A DNA stretch of 64,000 nt from Candidatus Dormiibacterota bacterium. Lineage in GTDB: Bacteria; Chloroflexota; Dormibacteria; Aeolococcales; Aeolococcaceae. Below are positions 31,317 through 42,467 of this stretch, in pieces; position 1 is the stretch's first letter, and each line of letters begins with the position of its first letter. A model generated the notes under the pieces. The model ran no database searches, was not told the DNA's origin, and was given only the letters and a program-made list of their open reading frames with translations. The stretch lies in the NCBI GenBank assembly GCA_963709585.1, contig CAVPXI010000004.1, positions 170,547-234,546 on the forward strand, in the 5' to 3' direction. The position numbers were made by a program, and so were the translations under genes.

Positions 31317-32164
31317 TGTTCTCGGACCTGATGCTCAACGCCTGGGGGTCGGCGTCGATCGTCGCCATCGTCGCGGGCGTGGTCGGGTTCTTCATCGTCC
31401 TGCGCGGGTCCGCGTTTGCGGCGCACGCGCTACCCAACGGAGCGTTTGCCGGCGCGGCAGGGGCGAGCCTCATCGGCGTCGATGCGATCGTCGGGCTCGC
31501 GGTGTTCTCCGTGCTCGGGGCGCTGACCATCGCCGGCCTCGGGCGGCGGGCTCGCCACGACGTCGCCACCGCACTTGTCATCGTGTTGATGCTCGGCCTG
31601 GGATCGCTCTTCCTGTCGATGACCACCGAGTACGCGCCGGTGATCTTCTCGCTGCTCTTCGGCGAGGTGCTGGGTGTGAGCAGCAGCGAACTCATTCCCA
31701 TCGCAGTGATCGGTGTGATCTGCATCGCCGCGATGTTTCTGGTGTATCGACCCCTGATGTTGTCCTCGGTGATGCCCGATGTTGCAGAGGCACGCGGCGT
31801 CGGCAGCGGTCGCATGGAGGTCATATTCCTTCTCGTCGTCGCGCTGACGACCACGATGGCGGTCCCGGTCGTCGGCGCGCTGCTCATCTTCAGCCTGCTC
31901 ATCAGTCCAGCTGCCGCCGCCCGGTCGTTCACGAACAAGCCGTTGACGGCCATCAGCCTGTCGGTGCTGATCGCGCTGGGCACGGTGTGGTCGGCCATCG
32001 CGCTGGCGTATCTGTCCAACCTTCCGATCGGGTTCTTCGTCGGCTCCATCGGTGCGGGGACGTACGCCGCGGGCAGGGTGTGGGCAGCGTCGCGGCGAAA
32101 CCGGCATTCGTCACCGCGCGTGGGATCCACAGGACGCCGGACCGTCGGCGCCGAGAGTGGATAG
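31316..32164 (+). CDS. metal ABC transporter permease (TroD/ZnuB family, second subunit)
   Basis: ABC-3 family paralogue immediately downstream, with start and stop adjacent. Having two permeases is TroABCD-like. Confidence 0.7.
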   Translation: MFSDLMLNAWGSASIVAIVAGVVGFFIVLRGSAFAAHALPNGAFAGAAGASLIGVDAIVGLAVFSVLGALTIAGLGRRARHDVATALVIVLMLGLGSLFLSMTTEYAPVIFSLLFGEVLGVSSSELIPIAVIGVICIAAMFLVYRPLMLSSVMPDVAEARGVGSGRMEVIFLLVVALTTTMAVPVVGALLIFSLLISPAAAARSFTNKPLTAISLSVLIALGTVWSAIALAYLSNLPIGFFVGSIGAGTYAAGRVWAASRRNRHSSPRVGSTGRRTVGAESG

Positions 32165-32204
32165 CCCCGGACCGTCGATCAGGCGTCGCGGGTAAGATCT
32201 GCCC

Positions 32205-33485
32205 GTGCGACAGCGGCCCCGCGCCGAGCGTTCCCGTCCCTTCGGATTGATCGGCGCGCTGATCCTCGCGGTGCTGGCCGCGGCATGCGCAACCGTCGCG
32301 GCATCCGGGCCGGTGCCGTTCCGCGTCGGGGCGATCTTTCCGCTCTCCGGAAGCACGGCTCCGGGCTCGACCGACGAGTATCTCGGCGCGACCCTTGCGG
32401 CGCAGATGGTCAACGCCCAGGGCGGCGTCGCCGGCCATCCGATCTCGCTCGACCTGCGTGACGTCGAGGACCAGAGCCAGATCCCCGCCGCGGTGTCAAG
32501 TCTTCACGCTGATGGAGTTCCTGTCGTGATTGGCGCATACTCGTCGCAGCTCTCAATTCCCGCCGCGGCGGCAGTGTCGGCGGCGGGGATGGTGTACTGG
32601 GAGACGGGCGCGGTCGCCGACCGGGTGACCGGCCAGGGGTCGCCGCTGGTGTTCCGTGTCGGCGTCAACGGCGCCGAGCTCGGCAGCAACTCCGGGACGT
32701 TCATGCTCCAGGAATTGGTGCCGCGGATGGGCATCCCCATCAACAAGATTCGCGTCTCATTCGTCACCGCGGACGACAACTACGGTCATTCGGTCGCGGA
32801 TGCCACTCGCGCCGCGCTCGAAGCCGGTGGGATGAGCATAAGCGGCGAATCGATCTACAACCCCTACACACCCGACTGGGCCCCCGTAATGCGCGCGCTC
32901 GCCGCCGAGAAGCCCGACATCCTCGTGCTCTCGTCGCACATCCAGGACGGCATCGCTTTTCGGCGGGCGTTCCTCGCCGCCGGCCTTCAGGTCAAGGTGT
33001 TCATGGGCACGACCATGGCGCAGTGCGACCAGGACTTCGGCAACGTGCTCGGCTCGGCGGCGGTCGGTGTCTTCGCGTCGGATCGTCCCCAGGGCGACTT
33101 CAACCCGGGCGCCCTCGATCCGCAGGCGCGGGGGCTCTACAACCGGTTCGCGGCCCTGTGGAAGCAGCGCACCGGCGCGGCCGCTCCGGACGAGGAGGGG
33201 ATCGCCGGCTTCAGCGCCGCCTGGGTGCTCTTCGCCGAGGTCCTCGGACGGGCCGGCGATGTCAGCGCCGGGAGCGTCGCCGCGGCGGCGCGAGCACTCG
33301 ACCTCCCCAGCGGCAGCCTCCCCAACGGCGGCGGCGTGCTGTTCTCGACCGCCCGCGATCAGCTCGGCCAGAACACCCGGGCTGCGGCGGTGGTGTGGCA
33401 GTGGCAGGCGCCCCGGCACAGCGTCGTGGTCTGGCCACCGGTCTACGCGACCGGTCAGGTCAAGCTTTCGCTCTCCTCCGGGTGA
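32205..33485 (+). CDS. ABC transporter substrate-binding protein (branched-chain amino acid / LivJ-like, type I periplasmic binding fold)
   Basis: Signal/lipoprotein-like N-terminus (LAAACATVA) plus a PBP type-1 fold. No cognate permease is adjacent, so this is an orphan SBP. Confidence 0.6.
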   Translation: MRQRPRAERSRPFGLIGALILAVLAAACATVAASGPVPFRVGAIFPLSGSTAPGSTDEYLGATLAAQMVNAQGGVAGHPISLDLRDVEDQSQIPAAVSSLHADGVPVVIGAYSSQLSIPAAAAVSAAGMVYWETGAVADRVTGQGSPLVFRVGVNGAELGSNSGTFMLQELVPRMGIPINKIRVSFVTADDNYGHSVADATRAALEAGGMSISGESIYNPYTPDWAPVMRALAAEKPDILVLSSHIQDGIAFRRAFLAAGLQVKVFMGTTMAQCDQDFGNVLGSAAVGVFASDRPQGDFNPGALDPQARGLYNRFAALWKQRTGAAAPDEEGIAGFSAAWVLFAEVLGRAGDVSAGSVAAAARALDLPSGSLPNGGGVLFSTARDQLGQNTRAAAVVWQWQAPRHSVVVWPPVYATGQVKLSLSSG

Positions 33486-33518
33486 TTGGCTGAAGCCGGA
33501 TCGAGGCATACTCGAACC

Positions 33519-33998
33519 ATGGAAACAGCGACGTTCGGCGCAGGATGCTTCTGGGGTGTGGAATCGGTCTTTGAACAGGTCGACGGGGTCACCGCGACCA
33601 AGGTCGGGTACACGGGTGGCTTCACCCAGGCGCCCACGTATGAGGACGTGTGCTCACACCGCACCGGGCACGCCGAGGCGGTCGAGATCACCTTCGACCC
33701 CGCTCGGGTGAGCTACGACACGCTGCTCGACATCTTCTGGATGAACCACGACCCGACGCAGTTGAACCGCCAGGGTCCGGATGTCGGTGACAGCTACCGA
33801 ACGGCGATCTTCTTTCACTCACCGGAGCAGGAGGCCGCCGCGATTGCGTCGAAGAAGCGGCTCGAGGAGTCGGGCCAGTACCGCCGCCCGATCGTCACGG
33901 AGATCGTTCCCGCGGCGCGGTTCTGGGACGCCGAGGAGTACCACCAGAAGTATTTTTCCCGGCGCGGTATCGCCGCGACCTGCAACATCCCAGCCTAG
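33519..33998 (+). CDS. msrA: peptide-methionine (S)-S-oxide reductase
   Basis: Active site GAGCFWG, plus AIFF and EEYHQKY motifs. Confidence 0.9.
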   Translation: METATFGAGCFWGVESVFEQVDGVTATKVGYTGGFTQAPTYEDVCSHRTGHAEAVEITFDPARVSYDTLLDIFWMNHDPTQLNRQGPDVGDSYRTAIFFHSPEQEAAAIASKKRLEESGQYRRPIVTEIVPAARFWDAEEYHQKYFSRRGIAATCNIPA

Positions 33999-36040
33999 CG
34001 CACGGTTCCGTCGCGGAGCACCGCCAGCACGGATTCCCCGTAGCGGTCGAGCTTCGCCGGACCCACCCCCGGGATGCCGGCCAGGGCCCCGGCGGACGTC
34101 GGACGGCGCTCGGCCATCTCGGCGAGGGTCCGGTCGTGAAAGACCACGTAGGGCGGGACCTCCGCCTGCCGCGCAATCTCGAGCCTCCAGGTCCGCAACG
34201 CTTCGAAGCGCGCCGCGACCTCCGGCGTCATCGCGAGCGCGGGTGCGCCCCCGGTCGCGCGAGTGCGCCGGCCGCTAGCACGCTTGGGTTGCGACGCACG
34301 CACGTCGACATCAAGGGCTTCCTCGCCGCGTAGCACCGACGTCCCCCGAGGCGTGATCCTCAGCGTCGGCTTCTCGCCGTGGCCGCGGCTGATACAGCCC
34401 AGCTCGACGAGTCGTTCGAGCAGCTCGCGGATTGCCTCCAGGTCCCAACCGCGGAGTGCGCCGAACCATCGGAGCTCGGCGACCCAGGGACGCGACGCCG
34501 TCCACGCGTCGACGGAGCCGCGCAGGATCGAGGCGATTCGAACACCACCGAGGTGGTCATCGAACCGCGCCACGCTGGCGAGCGCCGCATTCACATCGGC
34601 GGGGTCGACGGCCGCGTACGGCGCGCGGTTGCTGTCGAGACAGTTGTCGCACGCCATGCACCTCCGAGCGACGCCCTGCTCGCCGAAATAGTCGGCGATG
34701 CGCGCATGCCGGCAGGTGCGTGAGCCCGCGTACTCCATGACCTGGTTCACCCGCGCGTAAGCGTTGGCCTTGAGCAGCGCCTGCTCTTCGAAGTCGACGG
34801 GCGCTCCGGTCAGGCGTCGAATCCCGCCGTCCGGCTGGATCACCTCGGCGCGGCGCAACAGGTCGAGCGCGGCTCGTGCTCCGTTGATCGGGATGCCCCG
34901 CGCCTGCCAGTCGTCGATCGCGTCGCTCCCCTCACGGAGCAATTCGCGGTACACGGCGCGGACCGCGTCGCGCTCGGGGTAGGCGTGCTCGATGAAGAAC
35001 TCCTGCAGCTGGCGGTCGGCGGGGCTGTAGAGCAGGATGCACTCGGATGGTTCGCCATCACGGCCGGCGCGACCGGCCTGCTGGTAGTACTCCTCGAGGC
35101 TTCCGGGGAAGTCGTGATGGATCACCCGGCGGATGTCCGGGAAGTCGACGCCCATGCCGAACGCCGAGGTGGCGACGATCGCCTGCAGACGGCCCGCGGC
35201 GAAGCCCTCGTGCACGAGCTGTCGCGCGTCCCCGTCGACGGCGCCGTGATACGAGGCGACCGCGACCCCGGCACCGGCGAGCAGCTCGGTGATCTCGTCG
35301 GTGGATCGCCTGCTCCCGCAGTACACGAGCGCGCGGCCCCTGCCCGGTTGCACGAGGCCCAACAGGGCGTCGCGCTTGTCGGCCGCGCCGCGGCAGCGGA
35401 TGACCGACATGGTCAGGTTGTCGCGGACGAACCCGGTGATCCGCTCGACGGCTGCTCGCAGGCCGAGACTTGCCGCGATGTCCTCGCGGACCCGCGGGGT
35501 CGCCGTCGCCGTGAAGGCGCCGACCGGCGGGCGGCCGCACGCCGCGATGGCGTCGCCAAGGCGTCGGTAATCGGGGCGGAAGTCGTGGCCCCAGCTCGAG
35601 ATGCAGTGCGCCTCGTCGACGACGAAGCGATCGACGGACAACCTGCCGAGGTTGTCGAGGAAGCCGGGGGCGCCGAGACGCTCCGGGGCGAGGTACAGGA
35701 ATCGAAGCTCGCCGTCCGCCGCGGCTCGCAGTGACTCGGCCCGGTTTGCCGCGCTGACCTGACTGTGCACGCAGGCGGCGGGAACACCGAGCGCGTTGAG
35801 GCGCGCGACCTGGTCGACCATCAGTGCGATCAGCGGCGACACCACGAGGGTGAGACCGCCGCCGGCGATTCCCGGGACCCAGTAGGCGATGCTCTTCCCG
35901 GAGCCGGTCGGCGCCACGAAGAGCACGTCCGCGCGCGCCTCCGATGCGGCGACGACGTCGGCCTGCCCGGGTCGGAACTCCGCGAATCCGAAGGTCTGCT
36001 CGAGGACCGCGCGAGCCCGAGGCGAGGGCTCGAGCGGCAT
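33995..36040 (-). CDS. recQ: ATP-dependent DNA helicase RecQ
   Basis: Helicase motifs ([17 protein letters not shown], zinc-binding CRHA..CDNC), RQC domain and a C-terminal HRDC domain. Start taken at MPLEPSP. Confidence 0.85.
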   Translation of the reverse strand: MPLEPSPRARAVLEQTFGFAEFRPGQADVVAASEARADVLFVAPTGSGKSIAYWVPGIAGGGLTLVVSPLIALMVDQVARLNALGVPAACVHSQVSAANRAESLRAAADGELRFLYLAPERLGAPGFLDNLGRLSVDRFVVDEAHCISSWGHDFRPDYRRLGDAIAACGRPPVGAFTATATPRVREDIAASLGLRAAVERITGFVRDNLTMSVIRCRGAADKRDALLGLVQPGRGRALVYCGSRRSTDEITELLAGAGVAVASYHGAVDGDARQLVHEGFAAGRLQAIVATSAFGMGVDFPDIRRVIHHDFPGSLEEYYQQAGRAGRDGEPSECILLYSPADRQLQEFFIEHAYPERDAVRAVYRELLREGSDAIDDWQARGIPINGARAALDLLRRAEVIQPDGGIRRLTGAPVDFEEQALLKANAYARVNQVMEYAGSRTCRHARIADYFGEQGVARRCMACDNCLDSNRAPYAAVDPADVNAALASVARFDDHLGGVRIASILRGSVDAWTASRPWVAELRWFGALRGWDLEAIRELLERLVELGCISRGHGEKPTLRITPRGTSVLRGEEALDVDVRASQPKRASGRRTRATGGAPALAMTPEVAARFEALRTWRLEIARQAEVPPYVVFHDRTLAEMAERRPTSAGALAGIPGVGPAKLDRYGESVLAVLRDGTVR

Positions 36041-36442
36041 CAGCTCGCCGACTTCTCCAGCTTGAGCGCGCAGGAGTTCATGCAGTAGCGCTGGCCGGTG
36101 GGCGCCGGGCCGTCGGGGAAGACATGTCCGAGGTGCCCGCCGCACTTGGCGCAGCGGATCTCGGTGCGCGGGATGAGCATGCTCCAGTCCCGATGCTCCT
36201 CGACCGCCGTCTCATTCAGCGGGGCAAAGAAGCTCGGCCAGCCGGTCCCCGAGTTCGAACTTGGTGTCGGAGCCGAACAGCTCGGCGCCGCAGCCCGCGC
36301 ACGTGTACACGCCCTTGTCATCCACGTGCACGTACTGCCCCGTGAATGGGCGCTCGGTGCTCGCCTTGCGGAGCACGGAGTACTGCTCAGGCGTCAGGCG
36401 CTGACGCCACTCGTCGTCGGTGAGGGTGATCTTCTCGTCCAT
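36040..36442 (-). CDS. msrB: peptide-methionine (R)-S-oxide reductase, frameshifted
   Basis: N-terminal half (CAGCGAELF) is in the 36442 frame. The catalytic half (GWPSFF...[17 protein letters not shown]) is in the 36321 frame. They join at a CCCC run at 36247-36250. Confidence 0.8.
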
Positions 36443-36447
36443 GATGC

Positions 36448-37446
36448 TCAGGTTTTACCCCGTTTCGCGGGACTCGACGCATACAGTGCCGCGGCCGCGG
36501 CATGAGTCTCCGCCATGTGCCGACGCAGCGACGCCGGTTCGAGCACCTCGACGTTGGCGCCCCACCGCAGCAACCATGGGCGCATCTCAACCTCGCCGGC
36601 AACGTCGAGCCGCACCTCGATCCCGCCGCCGGGCAGGTCTGTCCGTCTGGCACGGGCGGGCCATGGGGTCTCATCGACCCACTGACGCGCCTCGGGTGAG
36701 AAACGCAGCACCACCCGGTCGGCGCCGGCGCCCTGCCAGATGGCCCACGAGGCACCGAGCACTATGTCGATGTCGAAGTCGGCCGGGACCGAGAACGTTG
36801 TCGGCAGCAGGCGCGCCGACCGGATACGGTCGAGCCGGAACGAGCGAACCTCGCGGGACACGGAGTCGCGCGCGAAGACGTAGATGTGCCGCCCCTCTGC
36901 GGTCGGCTGGATGAAAAACGGACGAAGATCGCGACGGGTCTCATTGCCCTTGGCGTCGACGTAGCGAACCTCGATCTCGCGGTGGCTGACGAAGCCGTCG
37001 ATCACGGTGCGTTCGACCTTGAGCCGCTCGGTGTCAGCCGGCTGGCGCTCGGCGGCGATAAGGGTCCGGCGCAGGTATTCGCTCACGACCGGCACGCTCA
37101 ACGCGCGCGAGAGGTGGGCGAGCGCGCCGACCAGCGCGGGATCCTGCTCGGTGCGCACCTGCTGGAGCAGGCGCACGGCCACAAGGAGCAACGTGGCCTG
37201 GTAGTGGTCGAGCTGCAACGGGGGCAGCAGGCTGCCCTTGCCGATCCGCCAGCGACCTCCGGTCTCCTCGACGTCGATGCCGGCGCTGTCGCGAAGGGTG
37301 GCGACGTAGCGTTGCACCGTGCGCGGGTTGACCTCGAGCTCGTCGGCGAGTTGATTGGTGGTCAGCCCGACCTCGGTTTCACAGAGGCGTGCGAACAGCT
37401 TGATGACGCGGAGTTGCTTTTCTCCCTTTTCGTACACGCGTGGCAC
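36448..37446 (-). CDS. WYL domain-containing HTH transcriptional regulator (PafBC/BrxR/CapW-like architecture)
   Basis: N-terminal wHTH ([26 protein letters not shown]), central WYL domain (RDLRPFFIQ...HIYVFARD...RSFRLDRI) and a C-terminal WCX-like region. Confidence 0.8.
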   Translation of the reverse strand: MPRVYEKGEKQLRVIKLFARLCETEVGLTTNQLADELEVNPRTVQRYVATLRDSAGIDVEETGGRWRIGKGSLLPPLQLDHYQATLLLVAVRLLQQVRTEQDPALVGALAHLSRALSVPVVSEYLRRTLIAAERQPADTERLKVERTVIDGFVSHREIEVRYVDAKGNETRRDLRPFFIQPTAEGRHIYVFARDSVSREVRSFRLDRIRSARLLPTTFSVPADFDIDIVLGASWAIWQGAGADRVVLRFSPEARQWVDETPWPARARRTDLPGGGIEVRLDVAGEVEMRPWLLRWGANVEVLEPASLRRHMAETHAAAAALYASSPAKRGKT

Positions 37447-37455
37447 ATGACGAGC

Positions 37456-37985
37456 CTAGCGATTTGCCGGGGCCGCGGACTCGATGTCGAGTGTGTAGCT
37501 GAGCAGCACCATCCCGTCCGGTCGTGCCTGCGGGCTGGTGGGCGCGAAACCAAGGCTTGCATACAGCTGCTGCGCCGCCGTCATGACCGGGTCGGTGTCC
37601 AACGTCATGACCTGCTTGCCGTGGGCCCTCGCCGCATCGATGCACGCCAACATGAGGCGGCGAGCAATCCCCCGTCCACGATGGTCCGGGCTCACCCCGA
37701 GCATACGGACATGCGCCTCGTCTGGCGCCAGGGGGTCGGCCACCCCGGGGCTGATTCGCGAGTTCGAGCTCCAGGGTTACCGATCCCGCGATGACGCCAT
37801 TTTCCACCGCCACCAACACGATGGCCCGGCCGGCCCGGCTTCCCACGTCGGCGATTCTCGCCAGGTACGCCTCCCAGCCGGGCGAGTCAGGCGTCAGAAA
37901 CTCGCGGAAGGCGCGCACGGTCGAACTCGCCTGCGGCCTCGTACTCGAACTCGCGGATCGGGCGGATCTCGATCTCGTCAGGCAC
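37456..37985 (-). CDS. GNAT family N-acetyltransferase, two frameshifts
   Basis: Three ORF pieces assemble into a canonical roughly 176-aa GNAT: MPDEIEIRPIREFEYEAAGEF / VRAFREFLTPDSPGWEAYLARIAD...VTLELELANQ / PLAPDEAHVRMLGVSPDHRGRGIARRLM.... The joins fall at GG 37919-37920 and at the CCCC/GGGG runs 37743-37750. Immediately upstream of, and in an operon with, the WYL regulator. Confidence 0.65.
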
Positions 37986-38039
37986 TGAGAAAACCCTACG
38001 CGACAGACATCTGTCGCCGGAGCCGCTCATGGTTGCGGC

Positions 38040-38291
38040 ATGGATACGGACACAGCGGCGCCGATCGACACCGCGGCCGCCGGCGACGGGCCCTACCTTC
38101 GGCGCGCCCAGGAGTTGGTGGCCGCGAGAGGGGATCTCTTCCTGGCCGGGCCGGGACGCTCGGTGCGGCTCGCCGCTGTCAGCGGCCCGCCGCGGGACCG
38201 GGCGGCCTCGAAGCTCCGGCAGGCGAGCCGGCAGCTCACGCTGCCCATGCCGCGCCAACCCACGCGCCGGCGGCCCAGGATGGTGCGCTGA
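38040..38291 (+). CDS. small basic hypothetical protein (83 aa), stop-start overlap with downstream gene
   Basis: ORF ends in a TGATG overlap with the nuclease-helicase start codon. Composition is borderline, with an Arg-rich C-terminus. Low confidence. Confidence 0.25.
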   Translation: MDTDTAAPIDTAAAGDGPYLRRAQELVAARGDLFLAGPGRSVRLAAVSGPPRDRAASKLRQASRQLTLPMPRQPTRRRPRMVR

Positions 38292-41200
38292 TGCGATACC
38301 TCGAGGACGGCTGTCCCGTGTACACGGCCACGGACCTCTGCGACTACCTCGCGTGCGGGCACCTGGTCGCGCTCAAGCGGCGCATCGCTGCCGGCGAGCC
38401 GATCAAGCATGACCGGACCGCGCTCAGCGAGGTGCTCGCGAATCTGGGTGCGGAGCACGAGCAGCGCTATCTCGACGCGCTTCGGGCACGGGGCTTGACC
38501 GTCAAGGCGTTCGAGGACGACCGCGACCGCTACGCGAGTACCGCCGGCGAACTCCGCGCTCTTGAGGCCGAGACCGTCGAGGCGATGGCTCAGGGTTTCG
38601 AGGTCATCTATCAGCCCACCTTCTTCGACGGGCGCTGGATGGGTCGCGCCGACTTCCTGCTTCGAGTTCGAGACGCCGAGCGCCCGGTGGCCGTGGGCGT
38701 ACGAGGCGGCTGACGCGAAGCTCGCCCGCCGCGTGCGTTCTGAGGCGATCCTCCAGCTCTGTGAGTACTCGGCGCACCTGGAGCGGCTCCAGGGGACGCC
38801 GCCCGCGCTGATGCAGCTGATTCTCGGTGACGGCGTCGAGCATGCATATCGGATCGATGAGTTCTCCGCGTACCACGCAGCCGTGAAGCGGGACTTCGAG
38901 GTGGCGATGCTCGCCGAGCTCGGCAGCACGTACCCCGACCCGGTCGAGCACTGCAACACGTGTGGATTCGCCGCGCGCTGTGCAGCTCAGCGAAAACAGG
39001 ACGATCATCTTTCCCAGGTCGCGCGCATGCGGTCGGGTCAGGTGCTCGCGCTGAAATCCGTCGGCATCGCCACCATGACCGCGCTCGCTCAGGTTTCCGC
39101 CGACGTCGAGCCTCCGGCACGTATGAGCCCGACCTCCTTCGGCGACCTGCGCGCCCAGGCGGCGTTGCAGCACACGGGTCCTCACGCTGACGGGGCGCCG
39201 CGACACGAGTTGCTCGATGCATGGGAGGTCGGACATGGTCTGTGTGCGCTTCCGAGTCCGTCACCAGGCGATCTCTTCTTCGACATGGAGGGCGACGGCC
39301 TCGCACGCGACGTGCCGCTGGAGTACCTCTTCGGTGCGGTCGACATGCACGGCGTGTATCGAGCGTGGTGGGGCCACGACGACGCCGGCGAGCGACGTGC
39401 GTTCGAGGGGTTCGTCGACCACGCCATCGCGCAACTCGAACGTTATCCGGACATGCACATTTACCACTACGCCGCGTACGAGAAGACCGCACTCCGCCGG
39501 CTGATGAGCCGCCACGGCACCCGCGAGGAGGAGGTCGACCGCCTGCTCCGCAACGAGGTGCTCGTCGACCTCTATCGCGTGGTGCGACAGGGAGTGCGGC
39601 TGTCCACCAACTCGTACTCGCTGAAGAAGGTCGAGCGGCTGTACATGCCGGCACGCGAGGAGTCGATCGCGGACGCAGCGGGAAGCATGGTGATGTACGA
39701 GCGCTGGCTGAACAGCAGCCGCGATGGGGGCGATGGGGACGCCGCGCTCCTCGACGAGATCGCGATCTACAACGAGCGCGACTGCATCTCGACCGCGCAA
39801 TTGCGCGACTGGCTCGAGGCGCGTCGCATCGAGGAGGAGAGGCTTCGCGGCGCGCCCATCGAGCGTCCGGCGGTCGTCGAGCGCGACGTCAGTGAGGCCC
39901 TCGGCGCAAAGATCGTCGCGACCCAGGAGGTCGCGGCCGCACTGGTCGACAATGCCCCCCCGGACCCGGACCTGCAGACGGACGCCGAACGAGCGAGGTG
40001 GTTGCTGGCGCCGCTTCTGTCGTATCACCGGCGCGAGAACAAGGTCAATTGGTGGCGTCACTACGACCAGCTGGCGATGAGCCCGGAGGAGCTCGAGCGC
40101 GACACGTACGCGCTCGGTCCGCTCGAGATGATCGGCGCGCATGAGGAGGGCCGTCGCACCATCGAGCGGTACCGGTTCGAACCCCAGGAACACCGCGTCG
40201 GCCTCGGCGACATTCCGCTCGATCCTGAAACCGACGCGCGCTGGGCACCCGTCGCCGGGGAGGTGACCGAGCTCGAACTCGGCACGAGGAACAATCACAC
40301 TGTCGCGCACTCCCGGTCAGGCAGAGCGCGGAGCCGTCCGCTTTCTGATCCAGACGACACCGTTCGCGACCGATGCGCAGGAGGCGGCGCTCCTCGACCT
40401 CGGCCGCTGGGTCGTCGCCAACGGCCCGGATGCCGGCGGGCCCAATCGCGCCGGACGCGACCTGCTGCTTCGGCTGCCGCCGCGCCTGCGTGACGGCACC
40501 GATTGCGTGCTCCGGGGCGCAGGGGAGACGGCATCCGAGGCTGCGATACGACTGATCCTCGGCCTGCGGCGTGGATGCCTCCCGGTCCAGGGTCCGCCCG
40601 GAGCCGGGAAAACGCACATGGCCGCGCTGGCGGCACTCCGGCTCATTGCGAGGGGGCGCACACCGGTTGGTGTCACCGCCGTCACGCACAACGCGATTCG
40701 CACCCTGCTGGCGAAGATCGAGGAGCTGGCCCCCTCGCTTGGCATGACCGTGCGCATGCAACACCGCAAAGGGGACGGAACCGGTTCCGCCGCGATCCAG
40801 GTTGTCCGCAGCAACGAGATGGTCGAGGCGGCGGTCGTGGACGGCACCGTCGACGTCGTCGGCGGAACCTCGTGGCTCTTCTCTCGCCCGGAGTTCGAGG
40901 CGGGTTTCGACACGCTCATCGTCGACGAGGCCGGCCAGATGTCACTCGCGGACACGCTCGCGGTCTCGCGCGCCGCCCGCAATCTCGTCCTGGTGGGCGA
41001 TCCGCGACAGCTCGCCCAACCGCTCCAGGGGAGCCACCCACCGGGCGTCGGGGTTTCCGCGCTCGACCATCTGCTCGGTGACGACGTCACCATCGCTCCC
41101 GACCGCGGCGTGCTGCTCGACCTCACCTGGCGAATGCATCCCGACGTGAGTGCTTTCGTATCGCGTTCCTTCTACGAGGGACGGCTGGGCTCGGAACCGC

Positions 41201-41757
41201 GATGCGCGAGCCAGGCGGTCGTCATCGACGGTGCCGCGATCACGGGCCTGCGGACGGTGTTTGTGGAGCATCAAGGCGATCGCGTTCGGTCCGATGCGGA
41301 GGCGGGGCGTGTCGGCGACGTCATCGACCAGCTCATCCGATCCGCGTGGCGGGACGACCGAGGCCATATGCGTGCGCTGTCGCTCGACGACATCGTAGTC
41401 GTCGCACCGTACAACGCGCAGGTCGCGTGTCTTCTCGAGTCGCTGCCGCCGGGTGCGAGAGTGGGCACCGTCGATCGCTTCCAGGGGCAGGAAGCCGCGG
41501 TCAGCATCTTCTCGATGGCGACGTCGAGCGTCGAAGACCTGCCGCGCAATCTCGAATTCCTGTTCAGCCTCAACCGCCTCAACGTGGCAGTGTCGCGAGC
41601 GCGCGGGCTCTCGATCCTGGTCTGCTCGCCCGAACTGCTCCGTGCTCGTTGCCGTACGCCGGAGCAGATGCAACTCGTCAATGCGCTATGCCGCTTTGTG
41701 GAGATGGCAGAGCCGTGGATCACCGCGCCGGTGGGCGCGATCATGCTGCCGGTATGA
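38291..41757 (+). CDS. TM0106-family RecB/Cas4-like nuclease - DnaQ-like exonuclease - SF1 helicase fusion protein (~1150 aa), two frameshifts
   Basis: Segment 1 (38291..38713 frame): PD-(D/E)xK motif GRADFLLRV. Segment 2 (38562..40320 frame): YEAADAK, Cys cluster CNTCGFAARC and RNase H-like exonuclease (FFDMEGD, HIYHYAAYE, LVDLY). Segment 3 (40267..41757 frame): SF1 helicase (Walker A GPPGAGKTH, DEAGQ, LVGDPRQL, FQGQE, NVAVSRAR). The joins fall at CCC runs 38683-38685 and 40312-40314. Confidence 0.75.
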
Positions 41758-42467
41758 CCGCCGATTCGCTCAAAACCCGCCTGCTGCAAACGCTCGATGC
41801 GGCCTCCACTCGAGAGGCCGCGCTGCTTGCGCTGTGTGACGATTCCCCGCCGTCCGAGGCCGGTCGCTGGACCGCGAAGGACAACGTCGCGCACCTCAGC
41901 AGCTGGCGTGAGCATGCGACCCGTACCCTCGATGCGGTGCGCCTCGGGAAACCAGTCGAAGGACCAGCCAATGAGAGCGACCTTGACGGGCGCAACGCGG
42001 AGATCTACGAGGCTCATCGCGATAACTCGGCGGCCACGGTCCGTGCTGCCGCAAGCGACAGTTACGCGGCGCTGATCGAGGCGGTGAAGGCGTGCACCGA
42101 CGAGGATCTGATTCGTGACCGCCCCGGTGACGGTGGCCCGGTGTGGCGTGTCATCCCCGGCAACGGTCATGGTCACGTCGCCCAGCACCTCTCGTACTGG
42201 GCTGCCGAGCACGACGATCAAGCAGGCGCGGAGGACGCCGCGAGATGGGCATATTCGCTTGACACCGATCTCTTCCCCGACAACCAGGCAATCGCCGACT
42301 ACAACTACGGCTGTTTCTACGCGCGGAACGGACGTGCTGACGAGGCGCTGCCGCTGCTGGGAGCCGCCCTCCGGTCGCGTCCTGAACTGCGCAGCTTCGC
42401 GCTCGACGATGCGGACATCGAGCCCATCCGCGACGATCCCCGCGTGCAGAGCCTCCTCGGCCCCTGA
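41754..42467 (+). CDS. ClbS/DfsB (DUF1706)-like four-helix-bundle protein with C-terminal TPR-like region
   Basis: ATGA overlap with the helicase stop. N-terminal domain (WTAKDNVAHLSSWREHA...EIYEAH) resembles the ClbS/DinB-like family. C-terminal region (YNYGCFYARNGRADEALPLLGAAL) is TPR-like. Confidence 0.45.
   Translation: MTADSLKTRLLQTLDAASTREAALLALCDDSPPSEAGRWTAKDNVAHLSSWREHATRTLDAVRLGKPVEGPANESDLDGRNAEIYEAHRDNSAATVRAAASDSYAALIEAVKACTDEDLIRDRPGDGGPVWRVIPGNGHGHVAQHLSYWAAEHDDQAGAEDAARWAYSLDTDLFPDNQAIADYNYGCFYARNGRADEALPLLGAALRSRPELRSFALDDADIEPIRDDPRVQSLLGP

Noticed and set aside
38611-39654. 347-aa minus-strand ORF opposite the nuclease-helicase gene
   Set aside because: Arg-rich antisense artefact.
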